Below are positions 30,349 to 45,030 of a stretch of 64,000 nt of DNA, in pieces. The translations under genes were made by a program, and so were the position numbers. How positions within the stretch are numbered: position 1 is the stretch's first letter; each line of letters opens with the position of its first letter. The notes below the pieces were generated by a model. That model was not told the origin of the DNA. It did not search any database and saw only the letters and a program-made list of their open reading frames with translations. The stretch is from the NCBI RefSeq assembly GCF_009914755.1, contig NC_060947.1; one strand, written 5' to 3'. This DNA comes from the human T2T-CHM13v2.0 reference genome, Homo sapiens.

Positions 30349-30989
30349 GGCCCTATCGGTGTTAAATGTTGCCCACACCACAAAAGCACTTTCTTAAAGA
30401 GCCATTGACACGTTGCCTGAAGTCCTATTGACAGAAAGCAGACAATACAGTCAGCCTGAACAATTATTCCTTTTGAAGGCAGCTCCAAAAGACAGGCTCT
30501 TCTCTCTGCTCAGAGCTTTGGAAAGAAAAAATCCCAGCCCGGGCTAAAGAGAAAAATGCTTGCAAGATCAACCTGCATTGTCCTGTCACAAATAAGCACA
30601 GCGGGGAATATACAGGAATGTCCAAATTGCTGCCTTTCTGAGATTTTTATTTCTTCAAAATGACAAGGCATTCAGCAAAACATGAGAAACAGGTTTGCAC
30701 AGATTGTCTTGTGGGGAAATCTTACATTGAGGCATATCCTTTTGGCAACTTTGTGGAAACCATCAATGAAACATGTCTGGAGGGAAGTCATCGATTCTAC
30801 ATTGAGAAGGTGCTGTGCAGTGGAACCTCCTACAACCCCACTTCTGGTTTCAGTTGGCATAAAATAGCAAGCATTGTTCATATATTTCTCACCCTAATAT
30901 GCTTTAGAGTATTTCTTATTTGAAGGGATCATCATTTTACTTTAGTTATATTTTTCTGATAGAAGAAAGATTAAATAGAACAAATGTTA

Positions 30990-31460
30990 AATTCACAAGA
31001 GCAAAGACATGGAATCGGCCTAGGTGCCCATCCACAATAGACTGGCTAAAGAAAATGCACATATACACCATGGTGCATATATAGCATGTAATACTATGCA
31101 GCCATAAAAAAGAAGAAAATCGTGTCCTTTGCAGCAACACGGATGCAGCCATTATCCTAAGTAAATTAACGCAGAAACAGAAAATGAAATACTGCATGTT
31201 CTCATTTATAAGTAGAAGCTAAACATTGGGTACTCATGGATATAAAGATGAGAACAACAGATACTGGGGACTACTAGAACAGGGAGGGAGGTGGAGGGAA
31301 AGGGTTGAAAAACTACCTATTGGGTGCTATGCTCACTACCTCAGTGAGGTGATCAATCATACCCCAAACCTCAGCATTGCACAATACACCCATGCAACAA
31401 ACCTGCACGTGTACCCCCTGAATCTCAAATAAAAGTTGAAATTAGTACAAAAATAAAAAT
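30990..31460 (+). mobile_element. L1 3' end (L1PB-like)
   Basis: gcaaagacatggaatc...aaacctgcacgtgtaccccctgaatctcaaataaaagttg. Confidence 0.9.
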
Positions 31461-32838
31461 TTTAAAAAGGAAACACTAAAAAAGAAAAAAACTGTAGCAA
31501 AAATGTTTCTATTTTACAGAAAAAAAAAAAAACATTTATTTATGTTTTGAAAGGACTCCAAGATCCTGAATGAAGAAGGAAAAAAGAAAAAAACCACCCA
31601 CATATAATGATCATACTGTGTCCTGAAATATGCTGTTGGGTAGAGTAGTAGTTAAGAACTCACACTCATAGCCAGATCCCTGCATCTAGAGTCCAGCTCC
31701 CACTTGGATAATTATATGAGCTCTGACTCACTGGTTTAAGAAAGATAATGTCTACAAATCAATTAGCAATCAGCCCAGCACACAGAAAGCATTCAGTAAA
31801 TACTATCATGATGATTATATATACTTTTTATTTCTTTACAACAGAGAAGTTCGTTCACTGCTGTGTTTCTCATTACTTTACACATGTTAGCTGTTGGTTT
31901 TACTTTGCTCTATTCCAGACATACCATCCACTGACAAGGTGCCAAAGCCACAAGATAATTTAAGACTCATATGAGGAGGAAGGTAGGGGGCATCCGGAGG
32001 TGAAAATACCCCCAGGGCATTGTAAGATAACACGTGCAAATAATAATAGTTGTTGTTATTACAGCAATGTGAAGACTAGGAAATAATGATTTATGATTAT
32101 CCATTGGTCCTGCCAAGAATGATCTCAGCAAGCAGTATTTTAGGTAAATAATGTGTGGGAGGTTCTTAGGTTAATATAGCCATTGAAATTTGAAAAACCC
32201 AATTCATGAGGCAGGAGTTCATTTCCCTTGTTATACAACAGAGCTGTGCGTTGGCTTTGTGGTCAAAGACTTTCAGTAAGCTACGCCAGCCTGTGCTATC
32301 TGCATGAACGCGGCGAATTCCCTGCCAGTCTTAACTCCCCGTCTAGACATGGAGATAGTCTCCTGATTAGATATCCAGTAGGGAAGCTTTGTAAGAATGC
32401 CAGCAGCAGACCTAGGGCACCAGAGGATGCCTGCCATATCTTGCCTCCAATAAACATTGTAGACTAACTCTGAAGCAGAAAGCATCATTACATTACGGAG
32501 ACATTTCATTTGGCATCTAAAATGTCACACCTCCTTGAAACATTGAGGTGTGTGTGTGTCTGTGTGTGTGTTTGTGTGTGTGTTGTCCCATTAGCGTGTT
32601 CTGTTGGTCTGGCCTTAATAATCACTTCACTATATATTGATCATTGAGCATATTTTTACAAAATGTAACCATATGTAGGGATTGAATCTGATTGATTGAG
32701 TTTGCTTTTTTTTCAGATGCTCTAAAAACACTGTCCTTTTTGTATTCCATTTCCCTTGTGTTTTAAAAGGGCTCCTGACTTAGGAGTTTCTGTAAACATA
32801 ACCATGGATTCTCCCTTCCCTTTCCACCAGCCTTTGAT

Positions 32839-33604
32839 TGCTATGGCTGGAGTATTTGTCCTCTCCAAAACTCAAGTGGAGATGGGCACAGTGGCTTATG
32901 CCTGGAATCCCGGCAATTTGGGAGGCTGAGGTGGGAGGATTGCTTGAGACCAGGAGTTTGAGACCAGCCTGGCCAACATAGCGAGCCCTCATCTCTACAA
33001 AAACTAAAATAAAAAATTAATGAAGTGTGGTGGTGTGCACCTATAGTCCCAGCTAGTAAGTAGGCTGAGATGAGAGGATGGCTTGAACCCAGGAGTTCAA
33101 GGCTGCAGTGAGCTGTGATTCACCACTGCACTCCAGCCTGGGTAATGGAGCAAGACCTTGTCTCTATTAAGAAACAAAACACCAAAACAAACAAACAAAC
33201 AAAAAAACTCATGTTGAAACTTAATCGCCAATGTGGCAGTATTGAGAGGTGGAATCTTTAACAGGTAATTGAGTCATGAGGACTTTGCCCTCCTAAATAG
33301 ATTAAACCATCCATGTATTAATGGGTTAATAGATTAACGGGTTTTCCCAGGGGTGGGACTGGTGGCTTTTTAAGAAAAGGAAGAGAGACCTGAACTAGCA
33401 CCCTCAGTCCTCTCACCATATTATGCCCTGTGCTGCCCCAGGGACTCTGTGGAGAGTCCCCACCAGCAAGAAGGCCCTCAACAGATGCCCCTCCTCAACC
33501 TTGGACTTCACAGCCCCATAACTTTAAGATGTAAATTCCTTTTTCTTATAAATTACACAGTTTCAGGTATTCTGTTATAAGTAACAGAAAATGGACTAAG
33601 ACAC
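32839..33604 (+). mobile_element. MST-type MaLR LTR interrupted by AluJ (32882-33205)
   Basis: tgctatggc...aaaactca[Alu]aaaactcatgttgaaac...ggtattctgttataag...ggactaagaca. Confidence 0.85.
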
Positions 33605-33734
33605 CAATAGAAATCAAATTTTTCATAATTTTTATATTTATTTCTTTTTAACACAGTTGTTATCATGTGAATCCATCTGTGTCACCCTGAGCCAACATTC
33701 TCTGCAATGTTATTGTCCACACTCTTATTGGACC

Positions 33735-34042
33735 TTTTTTTTCTTAACAGAGATGGGAATCTCAGTCTGTTGCCCAGGCTGGAGTGCAGTGGCACAAACA
33801 TAGCTCACTGCAACCTCAAACTACTGCACTCAAACGATCCTCCCGCATCAGCCTCCTGAGGCTCTAGGACTACAGGCACATGCCAACACACCTGGCTAAG
33901 TTTTTAACATTCTTTTTATTTTTTGTGCAGACAAAGTCTTTCTGTGTTGCCCAAGCTGGTCTTAAACTACTGGCATCAAGCAATCCTTCCACCTCAGCCT
34001 CCCAAAGTACTGGGATTACAGGCATGAGCCACTGTCCAAACC
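33735..34042 (-). mobile_element. AluJ-like
   Basis: Diverged reverse dimer. Confidence 0.88.
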
Positions 34043-34556
34043 TATTGCATCTTTCTGGATGTACTCTTGAATTCTTTAAGTGACTAGATATTATTTCTAA
34101 GAATTGGCTCAATACATATTTTGTATGAATTACCAGTTCTCTCTTCCATACAGACTGCATCTCACCCAGGAGGAAAAGTTTATATCTTCTTTGTAAATTC
34201 TGAGCATGGTAATGATCCGAATTGCATTGGTATGTTTTGTATCTTACAGTAGTGACTCATTTGAACTGAGACAGAAGAGTCTTATTCTTACATCAGGTCT
34301 TAATACATTTTAGAGTTGCAAAGATGAACTTGCATTTATGGCAGAGCCTTTAACACAACTTTTAGGAGCTCTTCCCGCTTCCATTTATAATGAAAATCAC
34401 ACTTCTTGCCAGTGTTAACCTAAGCAACATGCAACAACACCCAATGATGTTATTATCTTCTCATGAAAGGACAGAGACATTAATTGGTCCTTGAGTTTTC
34501 TAATGGAAAGACCTTAGAATAGACTCAAGTTCTGCTAGGCAGTGTAAGAACTACAC

Positions 34557-34965
34557 TGTATTAGTCTGTTCTTACACTGCCATAAAGAACTACCTGAGAC
34601 TGGGTAATTTATAAAGAAAAGAGGTTTAATTGGCTCATGGGTCTGCAGGCTGTACAGGAAGCATGTTGGCTTCTACTTCCAAGGAGGCCTCAGGAAACTT
34701 ACAATCATGGTGGAAGGTGAAGGGGAAGCAGGCAAGTTTTACATGGCTGGAGCAGGAGGGTGAGAGAGAGAAAGAGATGGGGGAGATGCTACATAATTTT
34801 AAAAAACCAGATCTTGTGAGAACCATATCAGCACTAGAGGGATGGTGATAAACCATTAGAAACCATCCTCATGATCCAATTGCCTCCCACCAGGCCCCAC
34901 CTCCAACACTAGGGATTACAATTCAACAAGAGATTTGAATGGGGACATAGATCCAAACCATATCA
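34557..34965 (-). mobile_element. MSTA-like solo LTR
   Basis: tgtattagtctgttc...atccaaaccatatca; TSD tacac on both sides. Confidence 0.9.
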
Positions 34966-35199
34966 TACACCAAAACTCTTCTCCAGATAGATAGCTACAA
35001 GGAAAATGCCAACGAGAAAGCTTCTTTCACCAAGTAGAAGCTTCTTTCACCAGGCAGAAGCTGACTTGCTTGCATTTGGAAGAATTTTTTTTTTTCTCTG
35101 TGTAAGTTTTTGTAATACAGTGATATTTTAGGAAAAAGCATCTAACTATCTTTACAAAAAGAAACCAACTAAAATACAATATTGTTGGTTTATTTTGCC

Positions 35200-35838
35200 T
35201 TTGTAATTTTTTAAATTCAGGTGGTGCATGTTCAGGTTTGTTTTATGGATATATTATGTAATGGTGAGCTTGGGTTTCTAGTGAACTCATCACACAAATA
35301 GCAAACATTGTACACAACAGGTAGTTTTTCAACCCTCACTTGCTTCCCACCTTCCCACCTTTTGGAGTCCCCAGTATCTATTATCTATTATTTTCATCTT
35401 CATGTCCATGTGTATACATTGTTTAGCTCCCACTTATTAGAGAGATCGTGCAGTATTTGACTTTCTGTTTCTGAGTTATTTCACTTACAGATAGTGGCCT
35501 CCAATTCCATCTGTGTTGCTGCAAAAGACATGATTTCATTCTTTTTTGTGGCTGAATAGTATTCCACAATATATGTGTACCACATTTTCTTTATTCAGTC
35601 CTACAATGATGGACACTTAGGTTGATTCCATGACTTTGCTATTGTCAATAGTGCTGTGATAAACATATGAGTGCAGGTATCTTTTTGATATAATGATCTA
35701 TTTTCCTTTGGGTAGATACCCAGTAGAAAGATTGCTGGATGGAATGGTAGTTCTATTTTTACTTCTCTGAGAAATCTCCATATCGTTTTCCACAGAGATT
35801 GTATTAATTTACATTCCCACCAAGAGTATATAAGTGTT
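35200..35838 (-). mobile_element. L1 3' end
   Basis: Reverse L1 3' UTR/ORF2 end; ORF 35601..35912 resembles the L1 ORF2 C-terminus. Confidence 0.9.
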
Positions 35839-36043
35839 TGGAAGAAATTGATTAGTGATGTAGTAAAAGCTAACATATATTGAACATTTGTTAATATCCA
35901 GGAATTTTCCAAACAGTTCTATGGAGTTAAATTGATTGCCATGAGTAACCTCATTTTACAAGTAAGGAAAAAGGGGCTTTGAGAATGTACACAATGAACT
36001 AGGGCTGCAGAGCTTTGGAGGTACTGAGCTGGCATTAGTCCAC

Positions 36044-36667
36044 TGCTATGGGCTGAATTGAGTCCCTCCAAAATTTATATGTTGAAGTCCTAACCCCTAG
36101 TTGCTCAAAATGTGACTATATCAGAAAATGGGGTTTCCAAAGAGGTAATTAAGGTAAAATGAGGTTATTAGGGTGGGCCCTAATTCAATATGACTGGGAT
36201 CCTTATAAGAAGAGGAGATAAGGACACAGACACACACAGAAGGACACCCCTTGGAGGACACAGGGAGAAGATGGTGTCTCCAAGCCCAGGAGAGAGGCCT
36301 CAAGAGTAACCAGCCCTGCCCACACCTTGATCTGGGACTTCCAGCCTCCAGGACTATGGGAGAATCAATGTCTGTTGTTTACAAGCCACCTAGTCTATGG
36401 TATTCTGTTATAGCAGCCTGAAATGGACTAAGACATCTCATAAGAGGAGGAGATGAGGACACAGACACACACAGAAGAATGACTCTGTGAGGACACAGGG
36501 AGAAGATGATGTCTACAAGCCAAGGAGAGAGGCCTCAGGAGGAACCAGCCCTGTCCACACCTTCGTCTGGGACTTCCAGGCTCTAAGACCCTGACAAAAT
36601 AAATTCCTTTTGTTTAAGCCACCCATTCTGTGGGACTTCATTATGGCAGCCCCAGAAGACTAACACA
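36044..36667 (+). mobile_element. MLT1B-like LTR with an internal ~230-bp tandem duplication
   Basis: Two gaggacacagacacacacagaag...ggacacagggagaagatg units joined by ggactaagacatctcataagag. Confidence 0.85.
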
Positions 36668-37009
36668 TACATGAACATTGGAGTTCAGAGCCATGTCTTA
36701 AAGCAATAAGGTCTGTTGTGTTAGATTAAAGGTTCATAGAATTGAAGCCCTCAAAGCTATGACTCGGACTTGAAATGCATTCATCCTCTCATCCTCCTCA
36801 CCTCTGACCGACCTGAAGAAGTGCTGATATTCATCTCGATGTAAAAATCTGTTCAACATTACTCAGGGTCTCACAGAGCCAGCCCCAGGTCTCAGGGCAA
36901 TTCGGGGGCCACTTGTTCTGGCCCCTTTAAGCTGCCCAGAAACATTTCCTAAGTCCACACAACCTCTCTCCTCAGCTGTGAAATCTTGACACTTCACTAA
37001 GTATGACTC

Positions 37010-37502
37010 TGTCAGAGACGTGTGAAGCAGAGCAACTCCATCTTGAATAGGAGCTAGGTAAAATGAGGCTGAAACCTACTGGGCTGCATTCCCAGACTTA
37101 GAAGTCACAGGATGAGACAGGAGGTCGGTATAAGATACAGGTCACAAAGACCTTGCTGATAAAACAGGTTGCTGTAAAGAAGCCAGCCAAATCCCACCAA
37201 ACCCAAGATGGCCACGAGAGTGACCTCTAGTTGTCCTCACTGCTACACTCCCACCAGCACCGTGACAGTTTACAAACGCCACGGCAACCTCAGGAAGTTA
37301 CCCTACATGGTCTAAAAAGGGGAGGCATGAATAATCCACCCCTCGTTTAGCATATCCATTACCAAGTAGCCATTCTTCTATTCCTTTACTTTGCTAATAA
37401 ACTTGGTTTCACTGTACTCTATGAACTTGTCCCGAATTCTTTCTTGCATGAGATCCAAGAACCCTCTCTTGGGGTCTGGATGAGGACCCTTTTCCTGCAA
37501 CA
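37010..37502 (+). mobile_element. MER41 (A-like) ERV1 solo LTR
   Basis: tgtcagag...gcaactccatcttgaatagg...gagatccaagaaccctctcttggggtctgga...ttcctgcaaca. Confidence 0.88.
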
Positions 37503-38584
37503 AATCTTCCAAGGTTTAACAGTCCTGTATTTAAAGAAAATATCCTCCCAGAAAGGACACAGGGATAAAGCAGAATGAGTGATCCACTGAACGCAATGTG
37601 TTTCTCTGAGAAAGCAAGGCAAGGACGATGGATAGATTGTTGAGCAAGCGATGTGGGAGAAGAGGGCATGGGAGGGAAGGATGGGAAATGACAAGGCAGA
37701 GAGGCTTTGGGGCCAAGGAGGTGATAGAACAAGAGTAGGAAGAGAGAGAAGATCGGGGAGAAACCAACTGCAATTCTGACTGCAGATTTCCTGCCCTGCT
37801 GTTAGAGTTCTTCCTCCTCAGCCAGCCCCTGGGGCTTCTGATACACTTCCTTCCATCCTTTATCCCCCACGTGGGAGGGCAATTTCCTCTCCAGAAACTT
37901 GCTCCCTCCAGCAGCAGCCAAATTCTCACCTGCAACATTTCCGGTGGCCTCCGAGAAACCAACCGACCACTAGGTAAAAATCTCAGCCTAGCTGTGTTCC
38001 TTCAGGAAAGAAGAGCCTGTCACCACCTTCTGTGGGACTCCTCCCTGCTCTCACCTGGCTAGTTCACACTGTCTGTCTCCTTTCCCTCGCCCAGGAAGAT
38101 TGACTATTGACCACACACTGAACACCCAGGACGGTGGCCGGAGTATCTGGAGGAGATGTCCTTCAACGTGGTCTGGCCCTTTCATCCAGCTGAGGGCGGA
38201 AATGGCTTTTGCAGCTAGGCCTATGTGCAGAGAAATGCTGACATCCAGAGAAACAAAACTGCTTCCCACATGCAAGCTGGGCAGCTGAACAGGCTTGTTT
38301 GGGTGGCAGGGGATTCTCCTGACTTCTTCTGGAATCTATTATAATTCTTTTTCCAACATTTTGAATATGTATTTTCAGGAATGGTTCTGCTTTTCATAGG
38401 CTTGGTGACTTTTGGAAATTCTTAGAAAATGGACGTTATCTATCTTTGCGTATTAATTATCTCTCTTCCAGGCTTTCAAGGACAACAACAACAAAAAACT
38501 CTTTTGGGGGGAGATAAGAGATATCTAGATTGTACTTCAGTCGGTGAAATGTAATGCACAATTTCTTACTGAATTGAAACCTTA

Positions 38585-39223
38585 TTGAAGACAAAACTCT
38601 GACCTTTTTTCTTCTCTTGCCAAAATTCCTATCTAAGGGGTCTCGGGAGTCATGCCCTACAAATCATAAAGTCTCCTGAGAGGGGTTTTATTTAACGCTG
38701 TATAACGTGGCTTACTTTCCAACCTGACTCTGGCATAATATCATATGACAGTTAAGAAAGGAAATCAAAATATTTTAACCCCAAATATGTTTCTTTGCCA
38801 TATCTTGAAATAGCCCTGCAAAGCTGTCTCTTGTGAGGGAAAATCTACATTCTGTAGAGAATCTCTTTCCCTTTTCCAGGACTCCTTATCTTAACCCAGA
38901 CATTTCCTTTCTATTGATTCCAGGTCTTTAGATGAACTCTTTCAACCAATTGCCAATCAGAAAACCTTTGAATCTTCCTGCTATAACCTCGAAGCCACCA
39001 CTTCCAGTTGTCCCACCTTTCCAAACAAAATCAATGTACATCTTACATGTATTGATTGATGTCTCATATCTCCCTAAAATGTATAAAACCAAGCTGTAGC
39101 CTGACCACCTTGGGCAATGTTCTCAGGATCTCCTGGGGCTGTGTCACTGGCCATTGGCCACTCATATTTGGCTCAGAATAAATCTCTTCAAATATTTTAC
39201 AGAGTTTGACTCTTTTCATCAAT
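38585..39223 (+). mobile_element. ERV1 MER4-group solo LTR
   Basis: ttaacccagacatttcctttctattga...tggctcagaataaatctcttcaaatattttacagagtttgactc. Confidence 0.8.
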
Positions 39224-39409
39224 AATATATATACAGGTAAGAAAAATAATAAGAAGCAAGCAGTTTCTTTCTGATGATATAAGATATGAGATACCAAATG
39301 TAAATGACATAAGATGATGGGGAAACAGAAGAAATGAACATTAGCAATATTCTTTGAGTTGTGGATACTTGAAGTCTCCATTCCCTTTATTTCTGGCTCA
39401 CTCTAATCT

Positions 39410-40387
39410 TGTAACTTCCCAATGGGTTCACCTTGCCCGCTGCCTAGACAGAGACGATTTATTAAGACAGGGGAATTGAAATGGAGAAAGAGTAATTCAT
39501 GCAGAGCCGGCCATGTGGGAGACCAGAGTTTTATTATTACTCAAATCAGTTTCCCTGAGCATTTGGGGATCAGAGTTGTTTATTTAAAAAAAAAATTTAT
39601 TGAGGTATAATGGACATACACGAAACTGCATATATTTAAAATGTACAATTAGATAATTTTTGCACCCATTAAATCATCACCACAATCAAGGTCATGAACA
39701 TATCCGTATCCCAAAATGCTTCCTCTATCCCTTTTTTTTTTTTCTTGAGAGAGAGTCTCACTCTGTTGCCTAGACTGAAGTGCAGTGGCGCAATCTCAGC
39801 TCACTGCAACCTCGGGGATCAGAGTTTTTAAAGATAATTTGGTCAGCTGGGCCTTGGGAAGTGGAGAGTGCTTATTGGTCAGGAGATGGAATTGTAGTGG
39901 GTCAAAGTGAGGTTTTCTTGCTGTTTTCTGTTCCTGGGTGGGATGGCAGAACTGGTTGAGCCAGATTACTAGTCTGGGTGGTGTCAGCCGATGCATCAAG
40001 TGTAGGGGCTGCAAAATATCTCAAGCACTGATCTCAGGTTTGACAATAGTGATGTTACCCCCAGAGGCAATGTGGGGAGGTTCAGACTCTTGGAGCCAGA
40101 AGCTGCATGACCCCTAAACTGTAATTTCTAATCTTGTAGCTAATTTGTTAGTCCTGCAAAGGCAGACTGGTCCCCAATCAAGAAGGGGGTCTTTTTGGGG
40201 AAAAGGCTATTTTCAATTTTATTTCAGATTCAAACCATGAACTGAATTCCTTCCCAAAGTTAGTTCAGTCTATGCCCAGAAATGAACGAGGACAATTTAA
40301 AGGTTAGAAGCAAGATGGAGTCATTTAGGTCTGATCTCTTTCATTGTCATAATTTCCCTCAGTTATAATGTTGCGAAGGCAATTTCA
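39410..40387 (-). mobile_element. LTR8-like ERV1 solo LTR with an internal insertion
   Basis: tgtaac...gggttcaccttgcccgctgcctagacagag...ctaatttgttagtcctgcaaaggcag...aatttca. Confidence 0.85.
39578..39813 (-). mobile_element. Chimeric retro-insertion: Alu 3' end plus old L1M 3' end within one TSD
   Basis: TSD ggggatcagagtt 39565-39577 / 39814-39826. Confidence 0.8.
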
Positions 40388-40721
40388 GTCTGAAATCTAT
40401 CCTATGACTTAATCGCAGCTCTCTGCAAGCTCACCATAATTCAATTAAATCACTCAATCCACTGGATGCAATTGACCTTCACAATTCAACAGACAATTGA
40501 ATGTTGGAGCACCTCAAAACCTTCTCCTGGACTATTTCCTCTTATTTTATTCACCTTTTGTAAGTTTTTCCATCTCTGCCCCTGACTTCTATCAACGTGT
40601 GTAGATCAGTCACTCCAAATGTATGTTTCCAGTTCAGATCTTGTCTACATACTCCAGACCCATATATCCAAGTCCTTTCAACATTTCCTCTCAGATATCT
40701 CAAAGGTCATTGCACTTATCA

Positions 40722-41138
40722 ATGCCTAATACTCTTTGGGTATTTTTCCCTTCCAAATCTCATGTTGAAATTTCATCTCCAATGTTGGAGGTGGGGCTGA
40801 GTGAGAGGTATTTGGGTCACAGGGGTGGATTCCTCATAAATGCCTTGGTGCCATTCCCTGGTAATGAGTGAGTTTTGGCTCTGTTGGTTCATGTGAGAGC
40901 TGGTTGTTTAAGGGAGCCTGGTATCTGTATCTGGCTTCTTGTCTTGCCATGTGTTCTATACACACACCAGCTCCCCTTGCCTTCTGTCATGACGGGAAGA
41001 TGCCTGAAGTCCTCACCAGAAGTAGATGTCAGTGCCAAGCTTCTTGTAGTCTGCAGAACTGTGAGCCAAATAAACCTCTTTTCTTTAAACCACCCAGCCT
41101 CAGGTATTCCTCCACAGTAATGCAAAACAGACTAACAC
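40722..41138 (+). mobile_element. MST-type MaLR LTR
   Basis: ccaaatctcatgttgaaattt...gcagaactgtgagccaaataaacctc...cagactaacaca. Confidence 0.85.
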
Positions 41139-41344
41139 AAGAACAAAGAACAAACTTGTGTCCCAGCCTTTCACGTCCAGTTCCACAAGTCAAGAATCTA
41201 GAGGTCTTCATTTTCTCCTTGCAATCAATCTATCTCCAATCCTCATAGATGTTTCTCATTTGTCTGCATTTCTCCTTTTCTATCACCAACCATCTGGTGG
41301 AAACTACCTTGGCCTCTGACCTGGACGCTTCATCTGCTTCCTAA

Positions 41345-41707
<363 letters not shown>

Positions 41708-44681
41708 TAACTGCTTGCCATTGCTCTTACAATGGATGTCATTCTTGATGGCCCTCAAGATGCTCTGCTTTGCCTGGTTTTGGCTCTCACTTCTCTCTAC
41801 TTTTCACCTTCCCTGAAAACCTAGATTTTCTCTAGCCCTACCTACCCCTGCTGCAGACCCTTTGCCATGCTGTGTCTTCTACTTGGAGCATGCAGAATTT
41901 ATCTGTGACCTCCTGAACTAGTTCATTCCCTTTGTTACAATTTCTCCTGGCATCATATTTATTTCCCTCATAGTACCTACCACAGTCTATAATGATACAG
42001 CTATTTGTCTGATTTTTTTAATTACTGTCTGCCTCCACTAAACCATGCATTCCAGGAGCATGCTTTGTTCATTTTGTTCACTCCCTTATTGCCTTCATTG
42101 AGTATTCTGCCTGGAAGAGCATCGGCACATCACCCATACCCATGAACAAATGGATATGAGCACCACAACTGCTGAGCTATCTACAGACTTAGCAGCTAGG
42201 AAGCTTGTCTTGGATGAGAATGTTAAATAGGAAACTCTATCCCTCAGGAGTTTCCATTCTGGCTTCTCCTACTGATTCTGAAAAGCAAAGCATGTGCTTG
42301 AGTGACTCACACAGCACAGTGCATGAATATGTCTGAAGAGGTTCCTTATGTAGCTCATGGGACCATGTTTAATTGAATAATGTTCTACTACTCAGGTTTT
42401 TATCACTTCTGTACACTGAAAGTCTGAGAGTAAATGATTCTTCTCAATGCATTTCTTACCTCCAATTACATTCACCCTAATAATTGTGTTATTCATTGTA
42501 TGACCTCAGCCTGTGAAGCAAGCTGTCATGTTTTTCCTCAAGCCACCAAGACTTGGGGTCAAGATGCTTGGCAGGGAATGGGGCAGTTGGAAAACACTAA
42601 GGAGCATTTCTTCTCTGCTCAAGGGCAATGATTAATTTGGAAATGGGAGATACTTTGATCAACCGATGCTACTGTTGAACTCCTTAAATTATGTGTATTA
42701 ATTATTCTATTTTCCCAATTGCAGCAATGACAAAGTCACAGAGAGATTCCTGTAAGACAGAGTACCTAAAAAGGAGAGTGGTGTATGTGTGTGTGTGTGC
42801 GTGCATGCGCACACTTGTATGTAGAATTCCACCAACACTAGGATAAATGTTTGTCTCTGTATTTAGCTTGGCTATAACTCCATAACATGAAAGTAGACTC
42901 ATTTAAGTCATCAGTGAACACCATGTTAAACCCTAAGACAGATGGATATAAGGATAATATGTATGCATACATGGGCCAAGGTTGCAGCATACAGCATATT
43001 AATGAATCCTGTCCCAAACCCAGCAAGTTCCTTAGATGTTTAAAAAAAATTATTCAAATTGAAGTCAATATCCAACTACAGGTAGCTTAAACTTTGCAAA
43101 AGAAATGTCTTATTAGATGCTAGAGTGACTTAGAAACATTGAATTCCATGTCTGAAGCTTTTTTCTTAACTCTAAAGCCTTTTAATGTTATGAGTTGACT
43201 CCAGGGTAAAATTTAGAATATGTATATAGAGAGACTGAGTATCCCTCATACAACCCTTCATTACTAATGTAGTTTACCTTAGAGTCTAAAGAAGATTGAA
43301 GAGTAGAAATTTCAAAGTTAGCATCTTCAGCAAGAACCTAGTCCAGATATTGACGACAACTAAGACAGCAAAAGTTAGCATTGTGTCTTCTCATGAAAAT
43401 GGAATTCTCTAGCAAAATGTTGCATCTAATGGATACCACCACGCAATCTTGCAAGAAAAGGGACTGGGGATACCTCTGGTGGGGAAAAAATTTCCCCAGA
43501 GAATAATTCAGCATTGGTTTCAGTGAACATATGGTTGTTGAAGACTTACTAACAGGAACATTGACAAATAATGATGTTTCTGGATTAATTTATTTACTCA
43601 TTTACATTTTAAAAATCATTTATTAACTCACTTATTGGTACCATGTGCCAATCTTCCACTTTGCCCAAAGGGGATGCCAAATTCATTTACCACATCAGTT
43701 AACAATGAAAACAAACAAAAACTTGTTTTTCATTAAAAGCAAATTCAGTGTTCCAAAATGGTTGATTTGAATGATCTAATGTCTCTGTAAAGAAAATCTC
43801 TTTTTGACAAAAGAGAAAACTACTTGGCCCCTTCCCATCCCACCCACAAGGACTGAAAGAGATATTCTGCAGTTTTCCCTAAAATAGGCCTGTGGCTTTA
43901 ATGTTAACTGTTGGTACAACTTTTGTTGTTGTACTGTGCTGGGAAAAAGCGGGTAGAATAATAAATCTACCTTTTATTGGTCTTACAAAGGAAAAATGCA
44001 CGTAAAAGGATTTCGATAGAACTTTTCAATAAAAGAGAAAAATGAACTTTCTGTCTTCCAAGAATACCAAAAATAGAGTCTGCAGGAATATCAGGCAGGA
44101 GCTATTAAATGCCCTATAGATCGCATGAACAAATAATAAGTTCCTGGGATCCTTTATGGTCATTTATAATATCGTTGAACTGAAAAAGCAACCAATAAAC
44201 AGATAAACAGATAGCTTACTTTCCTTGCTCTCAAGGAAAGAGTCAAAGAAATGGAGATTTTAGAGATAATCCATTGGTATACCAGCAAGACCAAGTATCT
44301 CTGGGCTCAGTAGGGGTGTATGCAGAGCCACATGGATAGAAAAATCTGTGCCATAAATATGTGTTTTCCCACAAGCCCGCCCACATCACATAGAGGTCAC
44401 CTTTGGGGAAGATTTTGTTATTTTAACTAAAATTGATCTGTTTCTTTTAATTTTAAAATATTTAATTTATACTAAACAATGTAGAAGAATGTTCTTTAAA
44501 TTTGATTCAATATAATTTTTATGTATAAAAATTGGGCAATATTTTGGAATATACCCTTTATGTTATATATATGCACACACACATAGCACATACACATATA
44601 CATAACATTTATTTCATATGTCTATAAGATGTGAATACACATATATACATATAAACATATATATTTGTTTATGTGGGTACA

Positions 44682-45030
44682 TGCTATGGACTGAATGTAT
44701 CTCCCCAAAATTCATGTGTTGAACCCTCATCTCCAAGGTGATGGTGTTGGGAGGCGGGGCCTTTGGAAGGTGATGAGGTCGTGAGGGTGGGGCTTCATGA
44801 ATGGGATAAGTGCCCTCATAAAAGGGATCCCAGATAGCTCCCTCGCCCCTTCCACCATGTGAGAACACAGCAAGAAGGCTCCATCTAGGAACCAGGAAAC
44901 CCTCACTAGACACTGAATCTACCACACCTTGATCTGGGACTTCCAGCCTCCAAAAATGTAAGCAATAAGTGTCTTTTGTTTATAAGCCTCTCAGTCTGTG
45001 GTATTTTGTTATAGTAGCTCAGACAACATA
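44682..45030 (+). mobile_element. MLT1A-like LTR
   Basis: tgctatggactgaatgt...aaattcatgtgttgaa...ggtattttgttatagtagc. Confidence 0.88.

Noticed and set aside
35028-35062. Short direct repeat aagcttctttcacca x2, possible array or CRISPR-like
   Set aside because: Only a two-copy ~20-bp slippage duplication in eukaryotic DNA.
37010-37502. MER41 as an interferon-inducible STAT1 enhancer
   Set aside because: The copy looks MER41A-like and I see no TTCCGGGAA GAS motif at the position where MER41B carries it. Activity cannot be supported.
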